Assembly: GCA_020891255.1 (NCBI GenBank)
Contig: BQFW01000006.1
Location: 1,860,001-1,924,000, forward strand
Reading direction: 5' to 3'
Origin: Entomortierella parvispora E1425
Lineage: Eukaryota; Fungi; Mortierellomycota
DNA: 64,000 nucleotides
Part shown: positions 1 through 12,896 of the stretch, in pieces
How positions within the stretch are numbered: the stretch's first letter is position 1
Layout of the letters: each line of letters opens with the position of its first letter
Notes under the pieces: model-generated
What the model saw: only the letters and a program-made list of their open reading frames with translations
The model's database searches: none
Told to the model about the DNA's origin: nothing
Made by a program: the position numbers and the translations under genes

Positions 1-1407
1 TGCCAGCCAGGACCATAAAACAACACCTTGAACTTGTCACCGGCGCCCGGGGTGGCCTTGAAAGTGCGCCAAATATGAATGAAATGGCCGAACTGAATCG
101 CAACAGGGTCAAAAGTGTTGATAGGATGTGTCAGTCCATAGGCCACAGGCTCCTCATCCTCCTTTTTGGCCACGACCTCGGGATAGATACGCTCGGCTGC
201 GTAGGTTCCGAACATGATATCCCAGATAATGAGGGTGCCTCCATAGTTCTTGTCAATGCAATAGCGGTTGCGGCCATGGTGAAGTCGATGGCTACTAGGG
301 GTATTGATGATGTACTCAAGCCAACCCAAGTAAGGAACGATTTCTAGCAAATAAAATCAGAATTGAAGAGGAGGGTGAGGAATATTGGTCCGGATCTCTC
401 TTGTTTCTACAGGCTGATACCACTTTTGCTTACCAGTATGGATCCAGAACTGGAAAAGCAGGTTGAACTGAGTGTGCACAGCGAATTGGGCAGGCGAGAA
501 CACGAGCGCCAGAGGCAAGTTGAACAAGAAAGAGGAATATGTCTGAACCAAAGACTGTCGCAAGGCCGTACTTGCGTTGTACATCTCACTATGGGTTGTT
601 GTAGAGCACTGGTGAGTCAAACACATGGGATTCAAAAACTGGTTTGCTTCGCCTTTTTTTTTTTTTTTTTTTTTTTGGCTCAGAAAGCAAGCTGGAAAGC
701 CAGAAGCACACCAGTGGTAAAGATGAAGACGAACCTGCTATGATGCACGGAGTGGCCAGCCCACATAAGGTTGATCTCGTGCGCTGCCCGATGGAACTAA
801 TGGCGATCATTGAAAATGAGTTAGAAACCGAGAGTGGTTCTCCTCCGTAAGCCCACTCAATGGGCACTCCTCCCTCCACCTTGCCCTTCCTATTCATACC
901 CAATAGTACGCAAAATCTAAAGAAGAAAAGAAAGGAGACCATTAGAATCAGCTCTGTTGGAGGGAATACTCTTCATAGTCAATCTCCAAAAAAATTCATC
1001 TTCTCCTTACCAACGCCGATGAAGCATCCAATCCAGGTCGAGAGCTTGAAGGTATCAAAGCAAATGGCATCGATACGGTAATGATCCCATACGTAATTGT
1101 AAGAGACCATCTGCAAACTGCCCAAGAAGAACCTGGACATTTGTTGAAGCGAACCAGCGCCCAAGGATCCGATCATGTCGTTCATCCGATATTTGCCCTG
1201 ACTCCACTGTCCATCATGACGCTTCAGACCTCGTGCATGGTCCTTGAAGAAATAATAGAGTAGCTCCATCACGATAAAGACTATAAACCAGGGCGTCGCA
1301 TCCGCCACATACGGCGGTACCTCGGCCTGGGTTGCAAACGTGGACCCTTTGGGCGAAACCAAGTAGAACATTCGGCCGAGCGATTCGGCCACTTTGATGG
1401 CAGTCAT
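1..1407 (-). CDS. AGMO: Alkylglycerol monooxygenase (TMEM195/AGMO, fatty-acid hydroxylase superfamily); 3' end runs off the window
   Basis: Exons 1407-1011, 916-900 (17 nt), 796-735, 588-434, 343-<1 join in frame at GT-AG sites. Product has DFAYYWFHRAAHE, WAGHSVHHSSE, QFWIHTE and HRLHHGRNRYCIDKNYGG, the His-box motifs of AGMO. Confidence 0.93.
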
Positions 1408-2297
1408 TCTTTTTTGCCAATCGTCGGATTCCGGACTTGCAAGCTGAGGTGGAAGGATGGAATGGACAAGAGTGAATGAAGAAAAAGAGATTCAATGAGG
1501 CGCGGGAAAAAAACAGAAAGAGAAAGGAAGGTATGCTTGTGGAGAAGACGGACAAAGACTCCGTATGCTCTGTTTTAAACCCTCTTGGCCGGTACGACCT
1601 CGGACGAATGTTTGTCAGATTAATTGCCAAATCGAGATGGGCGCTGCTCTCTCCACATGCCACACACCCGAGTCGCGTCTCCAAAGTGTCGCGCGAGGTG
1701 CTTCATGGCAAGAACGTGCATGTACATGTACCACCGTTTTGTAAAGTGTCGCCAGTGCTGGCAACATGGAGCATCAAAAGAAACGTGTAAATCAGCTCGC
1801 ACCGATGCCCTCGCGGCGGCTGGTTGCGTCTGAACCGAAGACCCATCCTTTAGTCAGCCCTTTCTTGCCTCCATTTTCGATATGGCATCTGTCCAGATCT
1901 GAGTTGAGAGCTCGTCGGCTGACTGAACAGCCGAACATGGGACCTGGGTGGGATTGGCAGATCATGCCATTCTGAATGTCTTCTGCCGAACTGGCACTCT
2001 TGGGAGGGGGTGGAACTCGCGTGTAAACGAAACGAGGGACATCTCGAGCTCCTTCTACCGACCTTCTCCGCAATCAGCGTCCTAGGCTCAGTTTCTCATC
2101 GGGGTTCTCTCATGGTGTTGTCAAGGGTTGAAACAGATTCCCACACTGGTCATGATATTTCGATCCCTTATTTATGATGGCAAGGAAACGTATCAAAAGA
2201 GAGGCTCAAGGGGCTCTTTTCATGTCAACCCGTCCCATGTAGCTTTGCTTTTCCTCTAAGCTATTAGTTGCTTTATTTTTATAATCTCGTGGACACT

Positions 2298-5269
2298 TCA
2301 GAGCTTTACATTGCTGCCGTTGGCGCTAGCGCCCACGCTGTAAAGACCTAATCCACGCTGTTCGATATAGGATCTGGCAGCACCTAGTCGGATCCGGCCG
2401 GTATCAATCATATGGGCCGTTACTTCATCCACAGAGGCAGGTGGTGTGCCCGCTGAGATGGCAATATTGCGTGCATGCAACGCCATGTGACCTTTTTGGA
2501 TGCCCTCCGTTACAAGAGCCCTCAATGCTGCAAAGTTTTGGGCCAGACCAACTGTTACCATGGCCTAAAAAAACAAAAAAATACAAAACGACAAGTTAGT
2601 TTAAACAGAATAGAAAACCCGATTGAGAAAGATGAGAGGCATTTCCTTACCATGGCCAGCTGCTTTGAGTCTGGGTATCGCATCACGCCCAATGTAAACG
2701 CGTGGATCGGGTTTGTACTCAAGACACCGCCTTTGGTTCCCACCATTATTGGCATCTCCAACTCGCCACAGAAAACCAGGCTCTCCTGCCCTTTATAACC
2801 TTGTCGTAACCGTTCTTCGTCCTCTTCAATCCAGTACTTAGTAAGAGGCTTGTAGGCATCCCCTCTGCAGATCTGACCATCGCTGCCACCAACATCTGAG
2901 ATATCTTGGCGCTCTCCGTGAGTTCTTTTCTGTCCTGAACCGGTCCCATTAATATATGGTGGTGCTGATGAGGACGCGGGTGACGATGACAACGATGGAG
3001 ACTCATAAGACCGCTCAGAATAGGTGCCTGCACCACTAGCCCAAGCATGGGCTCCAGCCTCGATCGCTCGCCAATCCTGACCCGTTGCCAAGGCGACGGC
3101 ATCAATTCCGTTCATAATGCCCTTGTTATGAGTAGCTGCGCGGTATGGATCCAAATCTGCCCACTCGAATGCCTCCAGCATTTTCACTGCAACATCTTTG
3201 CCCAGCAAGGATTTGTAGCCCATGTGCGAAAATGGAAGACGGAAAGTCGCCTAAACAGCATCAATTAATAATAAACAAAGTCAATCCCAAGTGCAAGTAT
3301 AGACCAACCCTAGCTCAGGTTAAAACACACAAAAGAAAACACTCTTTTACCTTGGCGATTCGATCCACGTTCAAATTGCTCAAAATCCGTACTCCGATGC
3401 GACCTCCACTCATTTTAGCCAAGAAAGGCGCAATCCCTTCCGCAACCGTATTGGCACAATTGGCTCCCATCGCGTCTCCAACGTCCACATGCAGATGGAC
3501 CACCAACCATTCAGAACACCTTCCTTTTCCAGACGGGCTAGAGTTGGACTCCGAAACTGAATCCCTGCATGGAAGATTTTGAGATACGACCACGCCATGT
3601 TTGACCAGTAAATCCTGTCCTCTGAAACTCTCACGCTGACGATGTCTCCGGATCCGATGAAATGTCACCCTTTGCACGCCTCCACCGCGTAGTACCATGT
3701 TGGTACAGTATTCGTTAGCCTCGCTCTTGATCTCATCAACGTGCTCCTTCATCCTGTTCAAGATCGCGTCCATGTTCTCGTCCAAGATATCCAAAAGTTG
3801 AACCTGGGCCACAATCATGTTCCGCTCTGGAGCCCAGGCTTGGAATCCCTGATACGTCGAGATTGTCTTGGCTGCGCTTGAGACTGCCGCCACAACCGAT
3901 GGCTCCTCGATGGCCATAGGGACCACATAAGGAGTGCCATTGATTGTAAAGTTGAAGGCAAGGCCTACTGGCATTCCCATTGTTCTAATAACGTGGTCAG
4001 GAAGGGGGTGGTGTAACGAGTTAATTTTACGCGTTCAGTTGGCGAGTCCTTCGAGTGAATGATGATAGCGTAGATCACGACAACGTACCCAATACAGTTC
4101 TCGATCATGTTGTTAGCAATCTGCTCGTCCAGTCCATGAACAGGGAATGGCGCACCCTCTTGATCAGAAGTCGCCAGAATGGCGTCCAATCGGGCGTCTA
4201 ACGAAAGATCTCCTTCTAACAGGTGTCCATTCGGCGTACCGATCATCTTCCGTTGTTCTTGCAGGTTAGAGATCACAGTTGCCTTGCGTTCACGCTCCAG
4301 TTGATCCCGACGCTCCTCCTCTGTCATAGCAACATCCTCATCTGGTTGCTGTTGTTGCTCTGGCTTAACTTTGGAAGTCGCAGTAACGGCCAAAGGTGCT
4401 GTCTGCCCAGATAGATCACGTTCCAGAGCTAAGCGGTCCTGGTCGGTCTGACTCATGCCATCTGTGTACTCTAAAGGCGATATGGCTCCCGTTGGAGAAG
4501 ATTGGCGACGCGGACTGACGCTGCGCTCTGAAGATAAGGAGGAGGGTGAGTCTCCCGATTCCGACCTTGTCAGATGAAGTGCGATCGCCGTCTTATTATG
4601 AGCCAGAGAAGAAGCCGAGCCTGAGACTGAACCAGCTCCAGATCCTGGGTACCGTGGCACCGGCATGTTCAACGGCAACAAGTAGGTCGCTGATCCTGTA
4701 GGCCCAGAGATAGATGATGTTGAAGATGGTGGGGAATCGGAGGACGTGGTTGAATTTGCCTGACTGCTGGTGACGCCATTCATCGCGGTCATGGCCATGG
4801 CCAGCGACCGTGTGGGTCCAAGGTTGGGCGTGGACTGACCAGAGGTCTTGGCCGAGGTTTGGGTAGAAGCAAAAGAGTCGAGCGAGGAAGGCCGGGTCAG
4901 GTGCGGAAAGGCCAAGCCCAGCTGAGTTCTTCGTTCCTTGATGGTCTTCTTGTAAAACCCGGACCAGTACGCGTGGGTCTGAATAGACTCTTGCGTGGAC
5001 GATGCCGCGGTAGCAGTGGTATTGATTGAGAGATGCTGAGGGCTATGCTGTGTGTTGGACACGTACGACATGGCGGAGGAGGACAATGTCCGGGAAAGAA
5101 CGGTTGTAGCCAACGAAGGGTTCATTTTGGCCTTAAAGGCAGATGCATCAGGTGGAGGTTGCATCGTGTTGCCGCTGAGGAGATTGTCGGTGGAATCAGT
5201 CAAGCCGGCAGCGGTTCTCAGATGGGGCCGTGGAGGAGGAGGCGCTGGGAGTGGATGAGTTATGGGCAT
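2298..5269 (-). CDS. mvaA: Class II (bacterial/archaeal-type) HMG-CoA reductase, soluble, with long Ser/Thr-rich insertions
   Basis: Exons 5269-4089, 3984-3351, 3250-2651, 2564-2298. Motifs [58 protein letters not shown]. No transmembrane sterol-sensing domain. The ORF-track start at 5365 is GTG; the first ATG is 5269 and the true start is uncertain. Confidence 0.92.
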
Positions 5270-6041
5270 GTCGTCCCGGAAAAGGTGGCGATGGTTGCGG
5301 AGATTTGGGAAACGTGGTGTGTGCGTGGTATGTCTCGCGGGCCTTTTTGGGGGGCAAGGATGCACTTGTGACAGGAGTGCAAGGAATCAATTGGGGGAGG
5401 AAACGAACATTGAAGGAAGGGAGGAAAATGCAGGGAGTGGCGAAGGAGGAAGGATGGTTAATAAGAGAAAGAAGAAGAGGGAGAAGGAAGAAGTTGAAGA
5501 AAGAAAGAAAGGGCGAATGCGGGAAGACAAGAGGCATGCGATGGCTTGAACAGCTGGCGCCTGTTTGCTCTTTGCCTGCCGGTCTTCCTATTCTGGGCAA
5601 GTCTTTCATGCTTTCATGGACGGAGCGCGTGTCATTGCCAGGCAAAGATATCAGTCTCAAACAATGAGCTGAGCGAATGCTGCTCGTGGCTGTGCGAACC
5701 TTTGCCTTGCGCGGGCTCGCTGTGCCCTCTTCTCGCGCTCTTTCCCTGCTCGGAAAGTCATTGTGTGATCCTGGACTCTGTTTTGAGAAAGAACATACGA
5801 TACGACTTCTGTCCATTGTGAACCTTGGCCTTCAAACTTTTAGCAGGCGGCTATAATCACGCCATGTCATATCCGCCCATGTCATATCAGTCCATACATA
5901 TTCTCCTGGCATCCTGAGGTAACCCGATCTCTCCCTCCAATGGACTTGCACCAGATGACAGGGGGGAATACAAACGCTCCCAAACGGAACGTATTTTTTA
6001 TTAAAGAGAACAATGGGTAAATCTGTAGGTCCGCAAACTCC

Positions 6042-9000
6042 TTACTCTCTTCTAGGTAAAGGATATGGTAAAGCCTGCGCATGACGATGGAGAGGAGGTG
6101 GGGGGGGAGGAGGGTACACATGTTGATCTTCGATACTCCTGTTGCGGTCAGAGTCCACCCCATTGTCATGGCTTCCATGGTACGAATGCTCCTGATGCTG
6201 CGAATGATGGTGATGCTGCGACTGCTGCTGGCTCGACGCCGACGATGAGGAATGGTGGTGTACTCGATCTCCAGAAGCGCTCAACGCCATCAAACTAGCC
6301 AGCGCGGAGCTGGTTTTCAAATCATTCACCAACGCTGCAGCATCCGCAGCAGACGCCGGAGCTTCAGAGCTTTCACCAGCCGAGACAGGTAGAGAGCTAG
6401 AAGGCGCCGACGATGACTTGTTCCCACCATTAGATCCAAGAGCTTGATCTAGGCCATTCAAGACAGCAGCCGCTCGACCTAGAAGCATAGATAGATGTGA
6501 TACCTCCCTCTGCAAATCCTCCCTTGTTTGCTGCAAAACATCCTTGTTGGGCAAGTTGCTGCCACTGCTAGTGGAAGTTGCAGCGCCAGAACCGGCATTT
6601 GTCCCTCCAGGGAGGGTTGTAGTGGACGATGACGATGGGTCTACTGGCGGTGAAGAAACTCTCCTGGAACCATGCACTGAGCTATAGGATGAATGGTGAT
6701 CCCTGTCCTGCGAAGACTGGTGCAAAATCTCGGATGCACGGGGCAAAGGTTGATGCTGACTCGGGCTTCCAGAGTGGTGAGACTGCGAGTGAGAGTGAGG
6801 CATTGAGATGGGGGGCAGACGGTGCGGTTGCTCATCCGAACCTTCATTATCCCTTCGATCGCCTCCCTTGTCATGCGAGCCGTGAATCGGGTTAAGTAGC
6901 GAAGGTAGACCGCGATGGCCATAAGAGCTTCCATAGCCTGATCGGCCTCCGTTGCTAGTGTGATGGCCACTGCCAGAGATACTGCCTTGGTTTCCTGCAG
7001 ATCCAGATGAATGTGATGAACGAGGACCATAACCATTGGGAGGTGGGAGGATGTTGGCGCTCCGCGACTCATGGGTGGGCGATTGCGATCGATGGTATCC
7101 TCCGTGGGAGCTGGGGGAATCGACAGAGCTGTAATAGCTATATCCACGGCTAGGACCATCATCCCCATGGCGAGGATACATTGGTGGTGAGCTTGGATGT
7201 GCGTTGCTTGAATGAACAATGCCTGTCGAAGACAGTCGGGTATTAGAAGAAGATAAGGACATGGTAGCGTAACCAGGCAACCGTGTGTTCCAGCCAGAGG
7301 ACGAGACATGCGACGAGCTGTGCGATCCATCGTCCATGTCACTCGAGCGCGAGATTGGAGGTGCCTGATATCCCTGCATTGTGATCGCATGAGGTTCATG
7401 AGGCGGCGATCGCTGTTGATGAGGTAGTTGATAGTTGTAGTGAGGCAGGTGCATAGCATGCGAATAGGAATATGAAGGCTGACTTCGAATTGGCGCTGGC
7501 AGTGGGTTCATTGGGTAACGAGACATGCTCATTGATTGAGAAGAGGGATATGGCCCATTGCTCTGATGCACATTGGCTGAATACCGCGAAGATGAAGCCG
7601 TCGATGTTGGTGTTGGAGACGAGCGGTGCGACGAGAGGTCGGACGTGGATCTGTGCTGGTCCTGAGAGTTGGTGGAGGAATGGCTGTAAGCGTGGCTCTG
7701 GGTCGTGCGACCATGCGCTCCATGATTGTGTGACTGGTTGTGCGAACTCCGATGAACAGTCGTGTCGTATCGAGATCGCTCATGACTCTCCGCCTCCCGT
7801 TCCTCGTGTCGATTGCTTCCGATGTTCTCAATGGGGGACACACTTCGCTTGAGCGCAGTCAACGAGGATGAAACCGTTCCCGATGTCGACGTTGAGGTTG
7901 GCTCCTTCATCAGCCACTCTGTCTGTCCGTTGGCTGCTCTTTTAGGCACGATCATATCTTCGATAGCCGGAACCCGGGGACCTGCCGTTGCCTGCACTTT
8001 TCTTCGCTTGGTGGCCGTCTTGCCTTGCTTCGCAGCCTGAGCCTCCGCCTCTGCTGGCTCTAAATCCGACGCTGTAGGTGGTGCTTGCTTGCTCTGTGAG
8101 GTCGTTGCTGTTGCTGTTGCTGCCGCTGCTGCCTTTGCGCTCGCCTTCGCCTGTGCTTTCGTTGGTACTGCTGTTGTTTGCTCTGATCCTTCCTGTGGAA
8201 CCAGAGGTGGTGAGTTTGCTAGAAGATTGACACGCTTGCGCCGTTTGATGACTGCCCGCTTCATCGTAACTGGTCTGTGGACGTTATGAAGCTTGAAGTA
8301 GAGTCCACAAGCATTGCAAATGGTGTTGCCACCGCTATCACGTCGCCACAGAGGTGTAGTGGTTGTGCTGCAATTGGCACAGACGAGATGCTGTCTGTTG
8401 GTTTGGTGTTGGTTGAAGGACGGACATCCAGCACATGACTCTGCTCCTCCCTCTCCGTTACAGTTTCCATCTCCTGGACAAGAACCTGCGCACTCGCCAT
8501 CGCTTGTCTTTTCCACTTTTGCTGCTGTCTCGGAAGGGTCGGCAGAACCAGTGCCGTCCATTGCTTTTGATGGCGTAGATCCGGATCCAGCCCCTGAGGT
8601 AGTAGTAGGGTTGGGGTGTTCATCGACATCATCCATGTCACTACCACCTTCCTCACCCTTCTTGCCAGCGGGGTTGCGCTTGAGCCAAGGAGGCCTTGTG
8701 AGGTTCCTGGCTTTAAAGTAGAGTCCTGCGTGGGGCGAAATGATGACGGATAGCACAAAGCAGAGTAAGAAAGTGAGTGAGTGAGTGAGCGATGGACGCA
8801 GAAGAAAGGCACAGAAACAAGAATAAATATGTGAGTCAGGCGAGGGGCGTGGGTTTGTGTGGAGAGAGAGACAAAGAGACAGAAAAGAGAGGAAAGAAAG
8901 AGATCCACCACTCCAATCGAGATTGGTGTGTGCCCAAAATAAACATCCGCCCTGCCCTCGACCGTCTTTACTAGTCGCGTGGTCTGCGCACGGAAAACAA

Positions 9001-10324
9001 AAAGGGCGTGTCCCACACTGCCGCTCTCTCACTGCTGGTCGTCCTCTGGCCAGGTCGTGCTGCCCATCATCCGTGCACGCACTCAGAAGACAAGCAAAGA
9101 GACAAAAACTCTCTATTTCAGCCTCACACAGTCCTTTCGACCCAATCGATTGGATGGCCACGGATCGATGGTCAGATCGATCAACATGTTATCGACGGCC
9201 AGATATAATAGGGCTCTTTCTCTCCCTTTCCCACCCTTTCTCTTCGCCGCCCCAAATGAATTAAAAAGGTACCTACCACAAGCATTGCAAATTGTCTGTC
9301 CATTGCCGGCTCGTCGCCAAAGAGGTGTTGTCGTGGTGCCACAGTTGGCGCAGCTTGTTGCTGTCACCCCGACCTTGTTCTCTTTTTTGGCACCGCTGAC
9401 AGAGTTCTTGCGGACACGAGGAGATACCGACCGGATCGATGAAGGCTCTTCAGAGCCATGTGGTGGTAATCGTGGCGATGGCGTCGGTGTAACGGACATT
9501 CCCTCTGAAAATCTTGAAGAACATCGATCGCCAGCGGGTGAGTCCGGGGAGGCCAAACGTTTCCGACTGCCAGCAACGGTACTATTATGGCTGGTGCTGG
9601 GAACTGCGCTAGATAATGAAGCTGGGCGCGGCATAGAAACATCTTCCATCTCACTATCCTGATTCTGACTCTGTTGGCGATGGGACGGGCTCAAGGAGGA
9701 TTGGTATGCGGAGCTTTTCTGATGATGTGACAAGAGTTGTTCTCGCTCCATAGACCCTTGATCTTCCGTCTTCACATGGTGGCCCAGTGTGGTCGTTGTG
9801 GAAGGAGCACTGATAGCCTTGGCAGGCAAAGGCGACGATGTCGATAGCATGAGCAAGGAAGACAAGGCTGAGGACTCTGAAGAAGATTCGTCGGTGGTAT
9901 GAGATTGTTTTGACGATGTGGCTATAGTCGAAGTCAGAGTCTGGGGAGTGGATGAGGAGGTGCTCGATGATGGAGGTGAGCTGGAGGAGGCGATGGAAGA
10001 AGGGGTGGCAAGTAAAGCTGATGTTGCTACTCCTGCCGATGTTCCTAGAGTTGCTGCGGAGGTGAAGGGCGCTGATGATGACAAAGGTGTGGATGGAGAG
10101 TTGGATTGCACTGATAATATTGAAGAATGTGATGAAGATCCAGAGGGAGGGGATGCAGATAAGGGGGCAGCAGAGGTGAGAGCAGACGAAGAAGTATCTG
10201 GTACGGAGTCCGTGGCCATGGTTAGGTGCAGTGGCTGCAGAGTGCCCGTTGTTGTTTTGATTGCTGTGTCCTTATTTGCAGTATGTAGACCAGGCCCAGG
10301 TTGCTCTGACTCTGTAAGGGACAT
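6042..10324 (-). CDS. sreA: Iron-responsive GATA repressor (SreA/Fep1/Urbs1 type)
   Basis: Exons 10324-9277 and 8725-6042. Two CxxC-x17-CNAC GATA fingers flank the Cys-rich [19 protein letters not shown] (CX5CX8CX2C) segment. C-terminal coiled-coil-like [15 protein letters not shown]. Confidence 0.9.
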
Positions 10325-11101
10325 GTACTGGGGTTGGAGAGCTGGGAGAGAGGAGGGGTGGGGAGAAGTGGACGATGTGGAGGGAAAGTGGAGAAGGGAA
10401 GAAGTTCGGATTTGTCAGTACGAGGTCTCGGAAAATGAGATGGTGTAGGAATTGAGATGGCCGAAGGGTCCTCTGCAGAAGATTACCTTTTTGAGATTTG
10501 CGGGGGGAAGACAAGCCGAATGGGGGGGGAGAGTGATGAGGGATGATGCCGGAATAGAGAGAGATAGAAAGAGGAGGGCAAGCAGGAGAGGTTCGATGGA
10601 TGGATGGACAGAATGTAATAAATGTAATATGAACCAGAAGAGAGGGAAGGGAGGCGGAGAAGAGACAGGGAGGACGCAGGCGGAAAAGAAGGAAAGAACG
10701 AAAGAACGGGGGCACAAGAGAAACAAAGCGCACCTCTCATTCACACCCGCCACGGCCAAAGTTTGGTCGCCGTCCCTCTTTTGTCGTCTCGCTGCCACAC
10801 TTTCTTTTTTTTTTTATCTTATCTCGACCTCGGATTTTTTGTGCTCGGATCTTTGCGTCCGTCGATGGCTGTTTGTCTGGCTGTCTCTCCACACAAGGCA
10901 TCTCTTAAGGGTTTATTCTTGTCTGCGATCAAGTTTTTTTTTTATCTTTTTTTCAATCTTGCGAAGGTTCAAGCGGGGTGGACGGCGGGCATTGGAAATC
11001 CCCTCTTTGACTATATATGTGGGATCGTGGGATTTTTAGAAAACCTCCATGTTTATTAAAGTCTGGGTGAAAGAAAAACAAAGCTCAAAAAAAAAAGACT
11101 C

Positions 11102-12764
11102 TCATGGGCGCTGGCGGCTTTGACGTTGAGCAGCTCGGGACGCTGTCGACAAGACTGGTCCTCGGGCTCGGGTGGGTCGGGTAGGTGTTGTCGGTGGAGC
11201 CGTGGTGGCAGATGAGGAAGAATTGCTTGACGATGGCGGAGATATCGTCGACGATGACCCTGACGGTCCCACGGCAGAGCCCAGACCCGATGGGGGAGGA
11301 GAGAGCTTAGCCTTCTTTGGCGTTGCAAGTCGGTTGATCGTCGCCACAGAGACCACTGTTCTCTTCTGAGCCGGAACTGCTAAGCCTGCTGAATCTTCCA
11401 CTGAAGAGTCAGAGGCGCCAGCCTTTCTCTTGGTTCCAGCTAGATAAGATGAGGTATTGGCACTGGAGGGTGCTCCACTGGGCGGCATTGCGTATACACT
11501 TTTACCAGAAGTCAAGGAGGATGCAACAGGCACCTTGATCACCCTCTTGTATCTTGGGATCATGGGCACTGCAGCTCTCGGCTTTGGCGAACTCTTTGAC
11601 ACATTGGTAGTAGAGGCAATCGAAGACATTCCCCCGGTCTTCTGTTTGCTGATTGGTGATCCAGGAGGCTTATTCGCCGTCGATCCTGCGAACCTGCTCA
11701 CTAATGCTCGCACTGTGCCCGAAGCAGGGAGAACGTCCGCTTCGCCCTTCTCTTCTGTCTTGGGCTCACCAGGCTTGGCTGACCTGTTCAAACTACAATA
11801 CCGGCCATGTGGATGATCAAGTATGTAGATCAGTACGAATCCTTTGGCTTGGATCATCAAGTTGAGTTCTTAGGAGACTTACACTTTGTTCAATTTCGCA
11901 CTGCTTACAGGCAAAGCAGAGCGAGAAGTCGTTGTTGTCCTTGACGCTGTCATCGAAGTCTTGGCCTCCCATAATTTCGTCCGCGTGGATACAGGGCGCG
12001 ATGGTTCCACGTTTTCCTCTTGCTTCACGGGCTCCTCCTTTGGCTCAATCTCCATGTCGTCCTTGTCCTCCTGCTTTGGCTCTATAAGCGCATCCTCATT
12101 CTCTTCCTTAATCAGAGTCTCTTCCTCCATTTTGACCTCGACCATCTGCTCAAGCTGGTCGTGGCGGCTGTTGTTGTGTTGATCTTTCTCGACTTCCATT
12201 TCATCGTCACCTAACTCCCGCTTCTGGTCCTCGCCCCCGCTCTCCAAAAGTTCGGTCTTGACAAGGTCCTGTTCTTCTGTTTTGGGTGGGGTCGTAGGAG
12301 CATCAGTGACCTCCAGCTTGACTGAAATTTCCTCCGGGTCAGCCATTGTGCTTGCATCTCTCTCATCCTCTGCCTTGAGTGTTGTTTTGTCTTCAAGTTT
12401 AAGAGCAACTGGGGGATTTTCCATGGGTGCATCTTCAGACTTGGCAAGGGTGGTCTCTGGGAATGAAACCGAGTCGGATGTAGAGACTTCCATTGAATGG
12501 TCCTGATTTGATTCAATCCCGGAATGCTGTTTGTCCCAGTGGTCTTCAAGCATTCGTCTCAGTGCTTCGTTCTAAAAAGGAAGAGCGTCGCCATTAGATA
12601 AACTGGTATCTTTTGTTCATCGAATGGTCTGAGGGAGCCTTAAATGCATCCATGTTTACCTCGCCAGTAGAATCAAGGCCGAGTTTGACACAGGCTGCCT
12701 GAAGCTGAATCCTGCTGAGTCCACCGAAATGTCTCTGTGAGGCAGCGAGGGTGTCTTTTGTCAT
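11102..12764 (-). CDS. SAP-domain protein with acidic middle and basic Ser/Pro-rich C-terminus (NuSAP-like layout)
   Basis: Exons 12764-12660, 12571-11883, 11792-11102 join in frame. The N-terminus LSRIQLQAACVKLGLDSTGE|NEALRRML matches the SAP helix-loop-helix pattern. Confidence 0.7.
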
Positions 12765-12896
12765 GGAAGGTGTATTTGTGTGTGCGTGTGAATGTATGAG
12801 GAATGAATGGATGAATGTTGAATGATTTGAAAAGGAACAAACAGAAAAGGCGCGTGAGAAGGGACCAAAGGGACGCGCTTTGCCACCAATTTTTTA

